Shown here one piece after another: positions 63,650-64,000 of a DNA stretch of 64,000 nucleotides. The stretch comes from Tubulanus polymorphus (Eukaryota > Animalia > Nemertea). Within the stretch, counting starts at the first letter, position 1. Every line of letters starts with the position of its first letter. Made by a program: the position numbers and the translations under genes. The notes under the pieces are model-generated. The model did no database searches. It saw only the letters and a list, made by a program, of their open reading frames with translations, and was not told the origin of the DNA. The stretch covers positions 16,400,485-16,464,484 of the forward strand of contig NC_134027.1 of the NCBI RefSeq assembly GCF_964204645.1, in the 5' to 3' direction.

Positions 63650-63882
63650 ACGCTAATACGAATTTTGTATATTAATATACCCGATTTCTAAGGCGGGTCT
63701 AAATAAATCGACTTCGGATGCATATTCTGTCTTCTGATTTTTGGCTTCGTTTCACTCGGCCTAGTATAGTTGGGGTTTGGGTGTAGTTGTGGAAAGGTTT
63801 TTAGTATTTGTTGTGGTTATCAGTAAGGGGTTGGGTCGTTTTTTATCCCCAATCACTACATAACCGCGGAACGAGAAACCAC

Positions 63883-63918
63883 TGATCAGTGTGGATATTA
63901 TACTATCCACACTGATCA
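63883..63918. other. Candidate tyrosine-recombinase site: perfect 15-bp inverted arms with a 6-bp spacer
   Basis: TGATCAGTGTGGATA-TTATAC-TATCCACACTGATCA. The right arm equals the element's left end (54378-54392). Confidence 0.7.
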
Positions 63919-64000
63919 TGTGACACTAGTGACGCGGTCACTTCTTAGTTTGCGGAAGATGGGGAGTCGAGTGTGACAGGTGTGCCTTGTACAGTGGAGG

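Larger units (their letters stand above)
54376..64000 (+). mobile_element. DIRS/Ngaro-type tyrosine-recombinase retrotransposon (defective copy; right end may lie beyond the window)
   Basis: Gag with CCHC, RT-RNaseH-methyltransferase-like ORF, ALOG-YR ORF, and a ~52-bp direct repeat at 54376-54427 and 63902-63953. Confidence 0.9.

Overview
Repeat-rich, AT-rich eukaryotic DNA, most likely from an invertebrate metazoan; the host cannot be identified from this window. Bases 1-10.4 kb hold two near-identical tandem copies (offset 6620 bp) of a spliced gene missed by the ORF track. It encodes a 67-aa secreted precursor (signal peptide, acidic propeptide, KR site, 38-aa six-Cys mature peptide) resembling sea-anemone beta-defensin-fold toxins but with a shifted Cys framework. 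The remainder is nested mobile DNA: Helentron/HINE-like repeats with 31-bp and ~155-bp satellites; two related Polinton-like fragments with long fold-back AGTAATAGGGG termini (one with Zn-finger/pPolB, a 117-aa ORF and a penton-like gene, the other with Zn-finger and HNH genes); a piggyBac-type element; a ~14-kb CACTA-like TIR element containing a MULE fragment, a near full-length LINE and MITEs; and a DIRS/Ngaro-type tyrosine-recombinase retrotransposon. In the last, gag, pol and YR each begin at a phase-0 splice acceptor matching one shared leader exon, and there is a leader hairpin array and a lox-like 15-6-15 palindrome. All calls are by eye; no database searches were run.
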